In this document: positions 13,043-25,289 of the stretch, one piece after another
Layout: each line of letters starts with the position of its first letter
How positions within the stretch are numbered: the first letter of the stretch is position 1
Position numbers and translations under genes: made by a program
Assembly: GCA_014905635.1 (NCBI GenBank)
Contig: JABVCE010000012.1
Span: 124,001-188,000 of the forward strand
Source of the DNA: Scenedesmus sp. PABB004
Lineage: Eukaryota
DNA length: 64,000 nt
Direction: 5' to 3'
The notes under the pieces: generated by a model
What the model was told of the DNA's origin: nothing
Seen by the model: only the letters and a program-made list of their open reading frames with translations
The model's database searches: none

Positions 13043-14108
13043 TCACCACACCTGCTCGTCCTCGTCCTCCTCCTCGTCCTCGTACGGCAACCACCAGCCA
13101 CACATGAGCAGCGCCTCCTGATACTCCTCATCGTTGCTGTCGTCCGGCGCCGCGGGCTGCGCCCGGATCCACGCGACCACGGCCTCGCGGCCGCCGCGCA
13201 CCGCCTGGCGCTCGCACACGGCGCGCTCCCACGGGCAGCCGCTGGCGCGCAGCCAGCGCAGCGCCTCCAGGTGCCCTTGCTCAGCCGCCGCCCGGCACGC
13301 CCTCCCGTCCCACGGCGCGGGCTCGGGCTGGGCGCGCGCCCAGCGCAGCATCTCCAGGTCGCCGCGCGCCGCAGCCCGGAAGCACACGTGAGTGCCCCAG
13401 GGCAGCGGCGGCGTCCGCAAGCGCGCCCAGCGCAGCACCGCCAGCTGCCCGCCCAGGGCTGCTCCCTCGCACACCTCCCCCAGGTACAGCCCCTGGTCGC
13501 GCGCCCACTCCAGCACAGCGAGCTGGCCGGCGTGCGCTGCCCGGCCCACAATGTTGCCCATGCCGCAGCCGGCGCCACGCAGCCAGGCCAGGCCCGCTAC
13601 GTCGCCGCACGCCGCGCGCCCCCCTGCCAGCCGCCAGTCCTGCATGGAACCACACTGCACCGCCCGCCAGGCCTCCTGCACCGCCGCCAGCGGCAGCTCG
13701 GGGCAGCGCAGCGAGACGACCGTGGCGCCGCGGAAGCGCTCGCGCGCCGCCTTGCACACCAGCTTGGCGGTCCACGCCTGCAGTGCCGGCGGCAGGAAGC
13801 TCAGGGCGTGGAGCACGAGGGGCTCGGGCAGGTCTGTCCACGGGCTGCGAGCGGCGCGGCGGGCGAGCAGACAAGGGGGCGGCAGTGAGGCCGCGCGCGG
13901 CGCCTGCTGCGCCTGGCTGTGGCTCAGTGCTCGGCGCCCGCCTGGCCAGGCAGCCCAAGACAGGGGGGCACCAGCAGCAGCAGCGCACCCACCTCGGCGC
14001 CGCCTCTGCGCCGCAAGGCGCCTCGCCTGAGGCGGCCGCTGCTGCCGCAGCCGCCCGCGCGCGCGTGGTCGGCCCGGCGCGCCGCGTGCCCGCCGGCGCA
14101 GCAGACAT
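13043..14108 (-). CDS. F-box + ankyrin protein, copy 3
   Basis: Exon 1 MSAAPAGTRRAGPTTRAR. Exon 2 PWTDLPEPLVLHALSFLPPALQAW... ending in an acidic tail EDEEEDEDEQVW. Confidence 0.8.
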
Positions 14109-14785
14109 GGCGCCGCCTGGGGGCCTGCGGGCCAGCAGGGAGCAGCAGGCAGGACGCCGGCAGCGGGGGCGAGCGTGCGCGGACGGCGTGAGCGCAGCGG
14201 CAGCAGCGGCGCGCGGCGCCCGCCCCCGCCCCGGCGCGGTGGCGCGGCGGCGGGCCTGCCAGCGGCGCCCGGGACGCGCAGACCCGGCAGCCCACGCCAC
14301 ACGCCCGCACGCCGCGCACCGCCGCGGCCCCCGCCGCCCGCAGCGGGCGCCGCGCAGCGCGGCCCGCCGCTGCTGCCCTTCCCGCCTGCCCGCCCGCGCG
14401 GCTCGCCTGGCGCTGCGCTGGGCGGGTCGGCCCGGCCGTCAGGCGCCCGACGCGCGTCGCCCCGCCTGGCCAGGGGCGCGCCGCGGGCGGGTGCGGGCGC
14501 TGCAGCGGCGGCGGCGCGTGTGCGTGCGGGAGCTGTGGGCCGCGGCCGGCGCTTAGTGTCCGTGTGTGGCAGGGAGGCGCTGAGGGCGGCGGCTGTGGGC
14601 GGCGGGGCGGCGCGCGGGGGGCCTCCTCGTCGCGGCGCGGGCAGCCGGCTGGGCGGCGCCTGCGCCCCGGGCCCTGTGCCGCTCTCCTCGCGCTGCCGCT
14701 GCCGGGCGCGCGCAGCGTGGCACGGCGCAGAGGCCGCCGCCAGTGCCCGGTGGCGGCAAAGGCGCGGTCAGCCGGTTGGAAGCGT
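14109..14785 (-). repeat. Cassette leader, copy 3
   Basis: Conserved blocks; degenerate boundary motif at ~14764-14783. Confidence 0.85.
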
Positions 14786-14874
14786 GGCCGGAGGGTGGTC
14801 ACGCGTTGCACGCAGCCGCCCCCCCCCCCCCCCGCGAACCCCAGCCCCCCCGCCTGCGCCGGGCCTCGCGTGGC

Positions 14875-17224
14875 CTAGGCGCCGCCGCGCGACACCGCGG
14901 CGCGCAGGGCCGCCAGGTTTGCCTCCGCGGCGCGCAGCGCGGCGTCCTGGTGGGGCTGCAGGCCCTGGCCGCCAAAGCTCGACACGTCCTCCCAGTAGGG
15001 GTCGACCACCTGCGCGCGCAGCAGCAGCCGGCGGCGCGCGGCGCTCGCACGCGCCGCCGCGCGCGCCGTCGCAGCCGTCCTGCAAGCGCGCGGCCGCCGC
15101 GCCTTGCTGCGCAGGCCCGCCAGCTCCTCAATGACGGCGAGGCCGCAGAAAGGGACGTAGAGCTCGCTGTAGCCGCCCTCGTGCACCGCGACGACCCGCC
15201 CCGCGCACGACGGCGACGCGTCGGCGTGCGCGCGCAGCACAGAGGCAAAGTAGCTGCGGCGGCGCGGCGCGGCGGCGCGGCGGCGCGGCGCAGGCGGGGC
15301 GGCGCAGGCGGGGCGGTCGGGGGCCCGCCCTCGCACGCTTGCGCGCGAGACAGAGAGAGACAGAGAGAGAGACAGGCGGCCACACGCAGTTTGGAGGCCC
15401 CGCGGCGCGCGCGCGCAGCCGGCGCGCCGCCGTGCGCCGCCGGGCCTCCCGGGCGCACCGGAAGTCCTCGCTGCCGAGCATCATGTGGCCGAGCGGGTCG
15501 AGGTAGCTCGCGTCATAGCCTGGCGAGGCACGCAGCGGCGGCGGCGCGGGGGTGAGGGCTAACAGCCAGCAGCGCTGCTGCCATGTGCCACAAGCAGCAG
15601 CGGCCCTGGGTGCGCGCAGGGCTGGCGCGGCGCGCACCCGCAGACACCAGGATGAGCTGGGGCGCAAACGCGTCGAGCGCGGGCGCGACGATCCGTTCAA
15701 ACGCGGCGCGGTACGCCCCGCTCCCGCTGCCCGGCGGCAGCGGCACGTTGAGCGTCGTGCCCGCGCCCGCGCCCGCGCCGGTCTCGGACATGGCGCCTGG
15801 CGGCGGGGCGCCGCGGCGGTCAGCGGCGGTCAGCCGTGCACAGCGAGCACAGCGCGCTCAGCACGCGCAACTGCGCGCAGCGCACCCGAGCCGATGGGAT
15901 AGTTGCTGTCCTGGTGGAGCGACACAAACAGCACGCGCGGGTCCTCCCAAAACGCCTCCTGCGCGGCGCGGCGGCGCGGCCGGCGGACGCGCGCGACTCG
16001 GGCGGCCGCCGCCGCGGCGGCAGGGCCGGCAGGCCCCTGGCCTTGGCCGCACGGCGGCCGCGGGCGGCGGCGCGCGCCGCGCCTGCGTGCCGTTGCCGTG
16101 GTGGACGTCGTAATCAACGATCGCCACGCGCTCCAGGCCGTGCGCGGACAGCGCGTGCGCTGCGGCGACGGCCACATTGTTGAAGATGCAGTACCCGCCG
16201 CCGTCACGTGGCGTGGCGTGGTGCCCCGGCGGCCTGCCCCGCGGCGGCAGCGGACGGCGCGGCAGGTGGTGGTTGGTGGTTGGTGGTTGGTGGTGGCCAC
16301 CAACGGTGGCGGCGGCCGCCGCGCGGGCGGGGCCGGCGTGCGCCCGCTCGCCGCGCCCGCGCGCGCAGAGGGGAGGGCAGGGAGGCGCGGGGGCGGGGGC
16401 GGGGCGCGCCGGCGCGCCTGCAGAGGGCGTACGCGTTGCGCACGGCGCCGCCCAGCACCGCCTCGGTCGCCGCGATCGCGCCGCCCGCGGCGAGCGCGGC
16501 GAGGGCGTAGCCGCCGGGCATGAACGCAGACTCGTCGCCCACGCGGTGCACGCCCGCGCTGCCGTCGGCGCTCAGCGCGGCCACGCGCTCCACGTACGCG
16601 AGCGTGTGCACCCTGGCACGCCGGCGCGCAGCGCGGCATCGGCGCGGAGCGCGGCGCGGAGCGCTCGGCTCGGCCGCCGCCGCCGCACCGCGTGAGCTCC
16701 TCAACGCTCGCCTCGCGCGGCTGCAGCACGGCCAGCTGCTCCAGCAGCCCGCTGACGGTCACCAGGTTGTGCAGGCGGCGCTTGGTCTCCGCGTGCTCGG
16801 GGTACTGCCCCCGCGGCGGCGGCGTGCGGCGGTGAGCGCGGCGCGCGCGGCGGGCGACGGCGCGGCGGCAGGGCGCCCTCTCCGCGCGCGGCGCTCCAGC
16901 GGCGCCCGCCCGTGCGCCCCTGCCCCGCACCTGCATGGGCTGCACGTACTCCCGCAGGCTGCCCCAGGGCCCGGGGCAGTGCCAGAAGAACAGCTCGCTC
17001 CACAGGTAGCCCGTGCGCAGCGGCGCGCCACCGGCGCCGGCGCCGTCCCCGGCCGCACGCGCGGCGGCGCCGGCAACGGCGGCGACGCGCGGCGCCGCGC
17101 CGTGCCGCCGCGCTGGCGGCGGCGGCGGCGGCCGCCGCGCGGGGCGCGCGCACCGCCGCGCCGGCGCGCCGAGCAGCGCCGCGCCGCCCGCGCGCACTCC
17201 GTCGAGCCGCACGGGCGCTAGCAT
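14875..17224 (-). CDS. Class II histone-deacetylase-like amidohydrolase (bacterial HDAH/PA3774 type), paralog 1, transit-peptide-like N-terminus
   Basis: [92 protein letters not shown]. Confidence 0.92.
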
Positions 17225-17871
17225 GGCGCAGATCTGGGCGCTGTGCTCGGGGCAAGCACCCCGGACACACCACGCTGCTGCGCTCGCCGGCGGCGGCCCC
17301 TGGGCGGCGCAGCGAGCGCGAGCAGCGGGACGCGTTGCTGCTCCGGCGCCGCGCCGCCGCACAGGGCGGCCTGCTCCGCGCCGCTCCACCGGCGTGCGTG
17401 CGGGCGAGGATGCTGCCTCCACGGGTCGCGAAGCGGGCGGGCGGACGGCGCGTGCGGGCCGCGGGCGCGCGCGGCAGCGAGCGGCGGCGGTCGCGTGGCG
17501 TTGCGGGTGGAGGTGGAGCTGCGGCGCGAGGGCGGCCTGGATCGGGTGATCGGGGCGCCACGGGAGCGGGGATTGGGGCCTGCAGGCGGACAGTCAACGC
17601 CAGAACCGCCGTGGTTGACCGCCCGGCGCGGACGCGGGCGTCGTCGCGCGGTCAGCCGCGTTGCCACCGCGCGCGCGGCCGTCCGCCGCGAGCGTCAACC
17701 TCCCACACCGCCACCGCCACAGCACACGCTCCGCGCAGCTCGGCCCGCTGGTGCGCCCTAGCACACGCGCACAGCCAGGCAGGCGCGGGCAACCCCAGAG
17801 CATGGCAAGGCGCGCAGCCGACCGCTGCAGTTGACTGCAGTCAAGCGCCATGCTCCTCCTCAACTCCCGCG

Positions 17872-18841
17872 TCAGCGGCCGTCGTCCGGCGACGCGGGCT
17901 GCGCCCGGATCCACGACACCACGGCCGCGTGGCCGTTGTCTGCCGCCGCACGCTCGCACGTGCCGCGCTGCCACGGGCAGCCGTTGGCGCGCAGCCAACG
18001 CAGCACCTCCAGGTGCCCCCCCTCGGCCGCCGCGTGGCACACCCGCCCGTCCCCGGGTGCAGGCTGCGCCTGGGCACGCGCCCAGCGCAGCATCTCCAGG
18101 TCGCCGCGCAGCGCGGCGTGGTAGCACACGTAGTTGCCCCAGGGCAGCGGCAGCACCTGCCCGCGTGCCCAGCGCAGCAACGCGAGCTGCCCGCCCATGG
18201 CTGCTGCCATGCACACGTTAAGCAGGTACAGCCCCTTGTCGTGCGCCCACTCCAGCACAGCGATCTGGCCGGCGCGCGCTGCTTCCCAGACCACGCCGCC
18301 CGTGCCGCAGCCGGCGCGGTGCAGCCAGGCCAGCCCCGCCACGTCCCCGCACGCCGCGCGGGCCTCGGCCAGCTGTTGCTGCCGCTCCCTATCACCCTGC
18401 ACCGCCCACCACGCCTCCTGCACCGCCGCCAGCGGCAGCTCGGGGCAGCGCACCGACACAACCGTGGCGCCACAGAAGCGGTTGCGCGCCGCCTTGCAGA
18501 CCTGCCTGGCGCTCCACGCCTGCAGGGACGGCGGCAGGAAGCTCAGGACGTGGAGCACGAGGGGCTCGGGCAGCTCTGATAGCGGGCTGCTGGCGGCGCG
18601 GGGCGGGGGCGGGCGCGCGCAGGGGCGGCGGTGAGGCGGCGCCTGCTGCAGCTGGCTGTGGCTCAGCGCTCAGCGCCCGCCTGGCCAGGCAGCCCCAGAC
18701 AGGGGGGCACCAGCGCAGCCAGCGCGCCCACCTCGGCACCACCTCTGCACCGCCAGGCGCCTCGCCCGCCGCCGCTGCCGCTGCCGCCCGCGCGCGCATG
18801 GTCGGCCCGGCGCGCCGCGTGCCCGCCGGCGCAGCAGACAT
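17872..18841 (-). CDS. F-box + ankyrin protein, copy 4
   Basis: Exon 1 MSAAPAGTRRAGPTMRAR; exon 2 ELPEPLVLHVLSFLPP...GHLEVLRWLRANGCPW...DDGR*. Confidence 0.8.
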
Positions 18842-19460
18842 GGCGGGTGCTGGGGGCCTGCGGGCCAGCAGGGAGCAGCAGGCGGCGCCGGCAGCGGGCG
18901 TGAGCGCTCGGGCGGCGTGAGCGCAGCAGCAGCAGCAGCGCGCGGCGCCCGCCTCGGCGCCCCGGCGCGGCGACGCGACGGCGGGCCTGCCAGCGGCGCC
19001 CGGGGCGCGCAGGGCCAGCGACCCACGCCACACGCCCGCCACCCGCGCACCGCCGCGGCCCCCGCCGCCCGCAGCGGGCGCGGCGCAGCGCGGCCCGCCC
19101 GCCGCTGCCTGCTCACCGCCCGCCCGCGCTGCTGGGCTCGCCTGGCGCTGCACTGGGCGGGTCGGCCCGGCTGTCAGGCGCCCGACGCGCGTCGCCCCGC
19201 CTGGCCAGGCGCGCGCCGCGGGCGGGGGCGGGCGCTGGGCGGCGGCGGCGCGTGTGCGTGCGGGAGCTGTGGGCAGCGGCCGGCGCGTGTGTGTGCGTGT
19301 GTGGCACGGAGGCGCTGAGGGCGGCGGCTGTGGGTGGCGGGGCGGCGCGCGCGGGCGCCTCCTCGGCCGGCCGGGCGGCGCCTGCGACCTGCGCCCTGCA
19401 CCGCTGCGCGTCCGCCCGTGCGCGCTGCGACCGTTGTGGTCAGCCGCGTTGCCAGCGCGC
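18842..19460 (-). repeat. Cassette leader, copy 4
   Basis: Conserved blocks; boundary motif at ~19438-19457. Confidence 0.85.
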
Positions 19461-19633
19461 ACGGGGCGCTGCGAGCATCAACTTCCAACGCTGCCACCGC
19501 CACAGCACACGCGCGCAGCGCGGCCCGCTGGTGCGCCCCCGCACACGCGCACAGCCAGGCAGGCGCGGGCAACCCCGGCAAGGCGCGCAGTCAACCGCTG
19601 CAGTCAAGCGCCGTGCCGCCCTCCTACTGTGCG

Positions 19634-20686
19634 TCAGCGGCCGTCGTCCGGCGCCGCGGGCTGCGCCCGGATCCACGACACCACGGCCTCATGGCCTTTG
19701 CTGGCCGCCGCTTCCTCGCAGAGGCCACGCTCCCACGGGCAGCCGTTGGCGCGCAGCCAGCGCAGCGCCTCCAGGTGCCCGTGCACAGCCGCCACCTGGC
19801 ACGCCCTCCAGTCCCACGGTGCGGGCTCGTCCTGGGCGCGCGCCCAGCGCAGCATCTCCAGGTCGCCGCGCGCCGCAGCGCAGTGGCACACCCAGTCGTC
19901 CCGTGGCGCAGGCTCGTCCTGGGTGCGCGCCCAGCGCAGCATCGCCAGGTCGCCGCGCGCCGCAGCGTGGTAGCACACCCAGTCGCCCCAGGGCAGCGGC
20001 GGCGCCTGCGCGCGCGCCCAGCGCAACACCGCCATGTGCCCGCTCGAGGCTGCTATGTTGAATGCGTACCCCAGGTCCAGCCCCTCGCCGCGTGCCCACT
20101 CCAGCACAGCGATCTGGCCGGCGAGTGCTGGTGGCCCGACCACCTCGAGCACGTCGCAGCCGGCGCCGCGCAGCCAGGCCAGCCCCGCCACGTCGCCGCA
20201 CGCCGCGCGTGCCCTGGCCAGCCGCCCCTGCTGCCACCGATCACCCTGCGCCGCCCGCCAGGCCTCCTGCACCGCCGCCAGCGGCAGCTCGGGGCAGCGC
20301 AGCGAGACGACCGTGGCGCCGCGGAAGCGCTCGCGCGCCGCCTTGCACACCAGCTTGGCGGTCCACGCCTGCAGGGACGGCGGCAGGAAGCTCAGGACGT
20401 GGAGCACGAGGGGCTCGGGCAGGCCTGTCCACGGGCTGCGGGCGGTGCGGCGGGGCAGGGCGCGGGGCGGCGGTGAGGCAGCGCACGGCGCCTGCTGCAG
20501 CTGGCTGTGACTCGCTGCAGCGCCCGCCTGGCCAGGCAGCCCCAGACAGGGGGGGCACCAGCAGCAGCAGCGCACCCACCTCGGCGCCGCCTCGTCGCCG
20601 CCAGGCGCCTCGCCCGCCGCCGCCGCCGCAGCTGCCCGCGCGCGCGTGGTCGGCCCGGCGCGCCGCTTGCCCGCCGGCGCAGACAT
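19634..20686 (-). CDS. F-box + ankyrin protein, copy 5 (one extra ankyrin repeat)
   Basis: Contains both GDLAMLRWARTQDEPAPRDDWVC and GDLEMLRWARAQDEPAPWDWRAC, i.e. an internal repeat duplication. Confidence 0.8.
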   Translation of the reverse strand: MSAPAGKRRAGPTTRARAAAAAAAGEAPGGDEAAPRWVRCCCWCPPCLGLPGQAGAAASHSQLQQAPCAASPPPRALPRRTARSPWTGLPEPLVLHVLSFLPPSLQAWTAKLVCKAARERFRGATVVSLRCPELPLAAVQEAWRAAQGDRWQQGRLARARAACGDVAGLAWLRGAGCDVLEVVGPPALAGQIAVLEWARGEGLDLGYAFNIAASSGHMAVLRWARAQAPPLPWGDWVCYHAAARGDLAMLRWARTQDEPAPRDDWVCHCAAARGDLEMLRWARAQDEPAPWDWRACQVAAVHGHLEALRWLRANGCPWERGLCEEAAASKGHEAVVSWIRAQPAAPDDGR

Positions 20687-21342
20687 GGCGGGTGCTGGAT
20701 GCCTGCGGGCCAGCAGGAGCGGCAGGCGGCGCCGGCAGCGGGCGCGAGCACGCGGGCGGCGTGAGCGCAGCAGCAGCAGCAGCAGCGCCCGCCCCCGCCC
20801 CGGCGCGGCAGCCCGGCGGCGGGCCTGCCAGCGGCGCCCGGGGCGCGCAGGCCCGGCAGCACACGCCACACGCCCGCACGCCGCGCACCGCCGCAGCCCC
20901 CGCCGCCCGCAGCGGGCGCCGCGCAGCGCAGCCCGCCCGCCTCTGCTGCCGTCCCCGCCCGCCCGCGCTGCTGGGCTCGCCTGGCGCTGTGCGGGTCAGC
21001 CCAGCCGTCAGGCGCCCGACGCATGTCGTCCCGCCTGGCCAGGCGCGCGCCGCGGGCGGGGGCGGGCGCTGGGCGGCGGCCGCGCGGCGTGTGTGTGCGG
21101 GAGCTGTGGGCCGCGGCCGGCGCTCGTGTGCGTGTGCGTGTGTGGCAGGGAGGCGCTGAGGGCGGCGGCTGTGTTGGGCGGCGGGCCGGCGCGCGCCGGG
21201 CCCTCCTCGGCGGCGGCGCGGGCAGCCGGCCGGGCGGCGCCTGCGCCCTGCGCCCTGCACCGCCGGCGGCCCGGCCGGGTGGCGCGGTCGCCGGCGCTGG
21301 AGCGTGGCAGCGCGTTTGCAGGCCGCCGTCGTCGCGCGGTCA
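20687..21342 (-). repeat. Cassette leader, copy 5
   Basis: Conserved blocks; begins within a few bases of the stop codon of deacetylase paralog 2. Confidence 0.85.
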
Positions 21343-21346
21343 ACGC

Positions 21347-23419
21347 TCAAGCGCCGCCCCGCGCGGCGACCGCGGCGCGCAGCCCCGCGAGCGGGCCCGC
21401 CTCCGCCGCGCGCAGCAGCTCGTCCTGCCACGGCTGCAGGCCCTGGCACCCGACCGCGGTGTCGGGCAGCCCCGGGTCGACGACGGTCGTCGCCGCGCCG
21501 CTGAGCTCCTCCAGCACGGCGAGGCCGCAGAAGGGGACGTAAAATGACGAGTAGCCGCCCTCGTGGAAGTGGAGCAGCCGCCCGCCGCAGTGACGCGCCG
21601 CCGCGGCCGCGAGCACGCGCGTGAAGTACCTGCCAGCGCGCCGCGCGGCGCGGCGCGGGGGTGGGCGCGCTGAACCCTACGCGCTGCGGGCACGCGCTGC
21701 ACGCGGCGCGGGCGCACCGGTAGTCCTCGCTGGTGCACATCTGGGCGGCGAGCGGGTCATAGAAGCTGGCATCAAAGCCTGACGGGGGCAGGGCGGACGC
21801 GGGGCGGAGGCGGTGCGGGCGGTGGGCAGAGAGGCGGCGCCTGGCTGGCTGGCTGCGGGCGGGCGGGCGGCGTGCACGTACGGCTCCGGCCGCGTCGCGC
21901 GTGCGCGCAGGGCTGGCGCGGCGCGCACCCGCAGACACCAGGATGAGCTGGGGCGCAAACGCGTCGAGCGCGGGCGCGACGATCCGGTCAAGCGCGGCGC
22001 GGTACGCCCCGCTCCCGCTGCCCGGCGGCAGCGGCACGTTGAGCGTCGTGCCCGCGCCCGCGCCCGCGCCGGTCTCGGACATGGCGCCTGGCGGCGGGGC
22101 GCCGCGGCGGTCAGCGGCGGTCAGCCGTGCACAGCGAGCACAGCGCGCTCAGCACGCGCAACTGCGCGCAGCGCACCCGAGCCGATGGGATAGTTGCTGT
22201 CCTGGTGGAGCGACACAAACAGCACGCGCGGGTCCTCCCAAAACGCCTCCTGCGCGGCGCGGCGGCGTGGCCGGCGGACGCGCGCGGTCGGGCGGGCGCG
22301 GCGCGGTCGCGGCGGCAGGGCCGGCAGGCCCCTGGCCTTGGCCGCACGGCGGCCGCGGGCGGCGGCGCGCGCCGCGCCTGTGTGCCGTTGCCGTGGTGGA
22401 CGTCGTAATCAACGATCGCCACGCGCTCCAGGCCGTGCGTGGACAGCGCGTGCATTGCGGCGAGGGCGATGTTGTTGAAGATGCAAAACCCCATGCCCTG
22501 CGCCGCGCGCGCGTGGTGCCCCGGCGGGCTGCCCCGCGGCGGCGGGCGGCGGGTGGTGGTGGTGGTGCGGCGGCGGAGCGTGAGCGCCCAGGACAGGCAT
22601 GGGCGCGGGCGCCGGCGCTGCAGCCGGAGCCTGGAGCGGCGCGCGGCGCTTGCGCCCCGCGGGCCCCGGGCGGGCGCCGCTCACCGCACGAGCGCGTAGC
22701 CGCCCTCGATGTCGCCCCGCAGCGCCGCGTCGACGAGGGCGAGGCTGCCGCCCGCCGCGAGCGCGGCAATCTCGTAGCCGCCGGGCGCCATCGACACCTT
22801 GGGTGTGGGTTGTGTGGCGGGGCGCGGCGGCAGGGGCAGCGGGTGGGAGGAGGGCGGCAGGCGGGTCGGCCGCGCCGTGCGGGGCCGTGGCCCGGGCCGG
22901 GGCTGCTAGCTCCCGCCGCGCCGCGCCTCGGGGCCGACGCGGTGCATGCCCTTGCTGCTGTCGCGGCTGAGCGCGGCGACCGCGTCGACGTAGTCGGGCG
23001 TGTGCACGCGCGTGAGCTCCTCGCGGCTCGCCGGCCGCGGCTTGACCTGCACGAGCGCGTCGATCAGGCCCGACGCGTGCACCAGGTTGTTCAGGCGGCG
23101 CTTGGTGTCGGCGTTCCTTGGGGTGCAAGTTTGGAACGGCGGCGGCGGCGGCGAAGGCGGCCATGACGCGCCGCGCTCGCAGGACGCGCACGCGCGCGGC
23201 GGCGGGCCGCGGCGCCGCTCCAACAGAAGAATGACGCGGCGCGCCTCACTCAAAGTGCTCGACCGGCTCGAGGCCCTTGCCCGCGTTCTGCATCGCCCCG
23301 GGGTTGTGCCACATGAAGAGCTCGTGAAAGAGGTACCCCGTGCGCCGGGAGGCACGCGGCGGCGAGCCCTGCGCCGGCGCCGAGCCCCCCGCCGGCGCCG
23401 AGCCCAAAGTCTCAGCCAT
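21347..23419 (-). CDS. Class II histone-deacetylase-like amidohydrolase (HDAH/PA3774 type), paralog 2, short N-terminus
   Basis: [12 protein letters not shown]...[84 protein letters not shown]. Confidence 0.92.
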
Positions 23420-23743
23420 CGCCGCCGCTGCTGCGCCGCGCCGCGCCGCGCCGCTGTGTGCGTGCGGTCCGCCCGCCGCGAGCGCTGTCGGTGCGGTGTT
23501 GCTGACGCGGCGGCGCTGAGCGGGCGGGCGGCTTGTGGCGGCGCGGGCGGCAGCGGCGCGGAGGCAGCAGCGAGCATCTTGGCAAACCGCCGGGGCTTAA
23601 AGCTGGGCGCCCGCGCTTGCCCTGTGCCCCCGCAAGTTGACGGCCGGCCACTCGGCGGTGCGCACGCAGCAGCCTGTGGGGGGACGCGCACGCGCGGGCA
23701 GCGGAGGTGCGCGTGGCGGCGGCGAAGACTGCGCGCGGCGGCG

Positions 23744-25289
23744 ATGGCGCGCCCGAAGGCGGATCTCCTGCTGGCGGGCAAAGAGGCGGCCTCGAAGAAG
23801 GCGGCCTCGAAGAAGGCGCAGCTGAAGAAGTACAAGGGCCGCGTCGCGGCGCTGCAGGTGGGCAATCGTGGCCGGCGCCTGCCCTGCCTGCCCTGCCCGC
23901 GGCCGCGCGCGCCTCACCGCTGCCCCCAGCGCGCGCCCCTGGTGCCCAGGCCCGCGAGCGCGCGGCGGCGCGCCCAGCGGCGCCGCGCATGGGCCGCCGC
24001 GCCCGCGCGCCGCGGCCGCTGCCGCTGCTGCTGCGGCCAGCGTAGCACGCTCCGCCGCGCCGCCGCAGGGCGAGGTCACCGCTCTCCAGGCGCGCGTGGC
24101 GGCGGAGGAGGGCGCGGCGGCTCGCTACTACGACGCGCTGGAGGCGCGCGGCCTCATCTGCGGCGTCTGCTTCGAGGGTGCGCCGCGCCGCGCCGCGCTC
24201 GCCGCGCCTCGTGCTGCACGCCAGCTCACGCGCGGCGCCCCTGCTGCGCTCGGCGCCGCGCCGCGCAGACGTGGTGCAGGCCGCCGACCTCGCCTGCTGC
24301 GCCAACCGGCTGTGCGCGGGGTGCGAGGCCGCCGTCGCGGCGCGCCACGCGGCGTGCCCCTTCTGCCGCGCCTCGTGGCGCACGGCGGCGCAGGAGGCCG
24401 AGGCGGCCGCGCGGCGGCGGCGGCGGCGGCGCCCGGCGACCCGGGGGAGGCGCTGCTGCGCACGCTGCGCGCGGCGGCGGCGCGCCGCGAGGCCGGCGGG
24501 GGCGCCGGCGGCGCCGGCGGCGCGCCCGACGGCGACTACACCGTGTTGCTCGCCGCGGCGGCGGAGGCCGCGGTCGCGGCGCACAGCGGGCCGAGCGCGG
24601 CCTGCGGGCTCTGCGGCGACGTGCTGCTGCGCGCGAGCCTCGCGACCGCGGAGGCGCTGCCCGACGTGCTGCTGTGCCGCAGCTGCTGGCGCAACTGCCC
24701 CGACCTCGCGGGCGCGCCCTTCCCCGCGCGCGGCGCGGGCGCGCTGCACCTCGCGTTTGGCGGCGGCGGCAGCGACAGCGACAGCGGCGACCTCAGCGAC
24801 AGCGAGGCGGAGGCAGAGGCAGCGGCGTTCGCGGAGGCGCTGCGGCGGCACCACGCCTCGGCGGCGACCGCCGCGGCGCCCGCGGCGGGCGCGGCGGCTG
24901 AGGGCGCGGGCGCGTCGCCGCGCAGCAGCCGGCGCCTGCAGGCCGCGAGCGCGCGCAGCCCCGTGGCGGGCACCACGGGCGGCGCGCGCGGCGGCAGCAG
25001 CGGCATGCGCGACAAGGGCGACGCCGGCGGCAGCATCGGCAAGCGCGACAAGCGCGGCGCCGGCGGCAGCGGCGGCAAGCGCGACAAGGGCGACGCCGGC
25101 GGCAGCGAGCGCAAGCGCCGCCGCGACAAGGGCGGCGCCGGCAGCAGCAGCGCTGCTGCCGCGGCGGCGGCGGTCGCCGACGCAGCGGCGCCGGCCAAGA
25201 AGCGCAGCAAGTCGGCGAGCAGCGGCGGCGGCGGCAGCAAGAGCAGCGGCGGCAAGCGCAGCAGCAGCACACGCGCCGCGGGGCGCTAG
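23744..25289 (+). CDS. Coiled-coil + RING-finger protein (putative E3 ligase) with low-complexity basic tail
   Basis: MARPKADLLL...KKYKGRVAALQ | ...LICGVCFE|DVVQAADLACCANRLCAGC...ACPFCR. Second Cys cluster CGLC...CRSCWRNC. Apparent 1-base frame slip near 24410. Confidence 0.7.
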
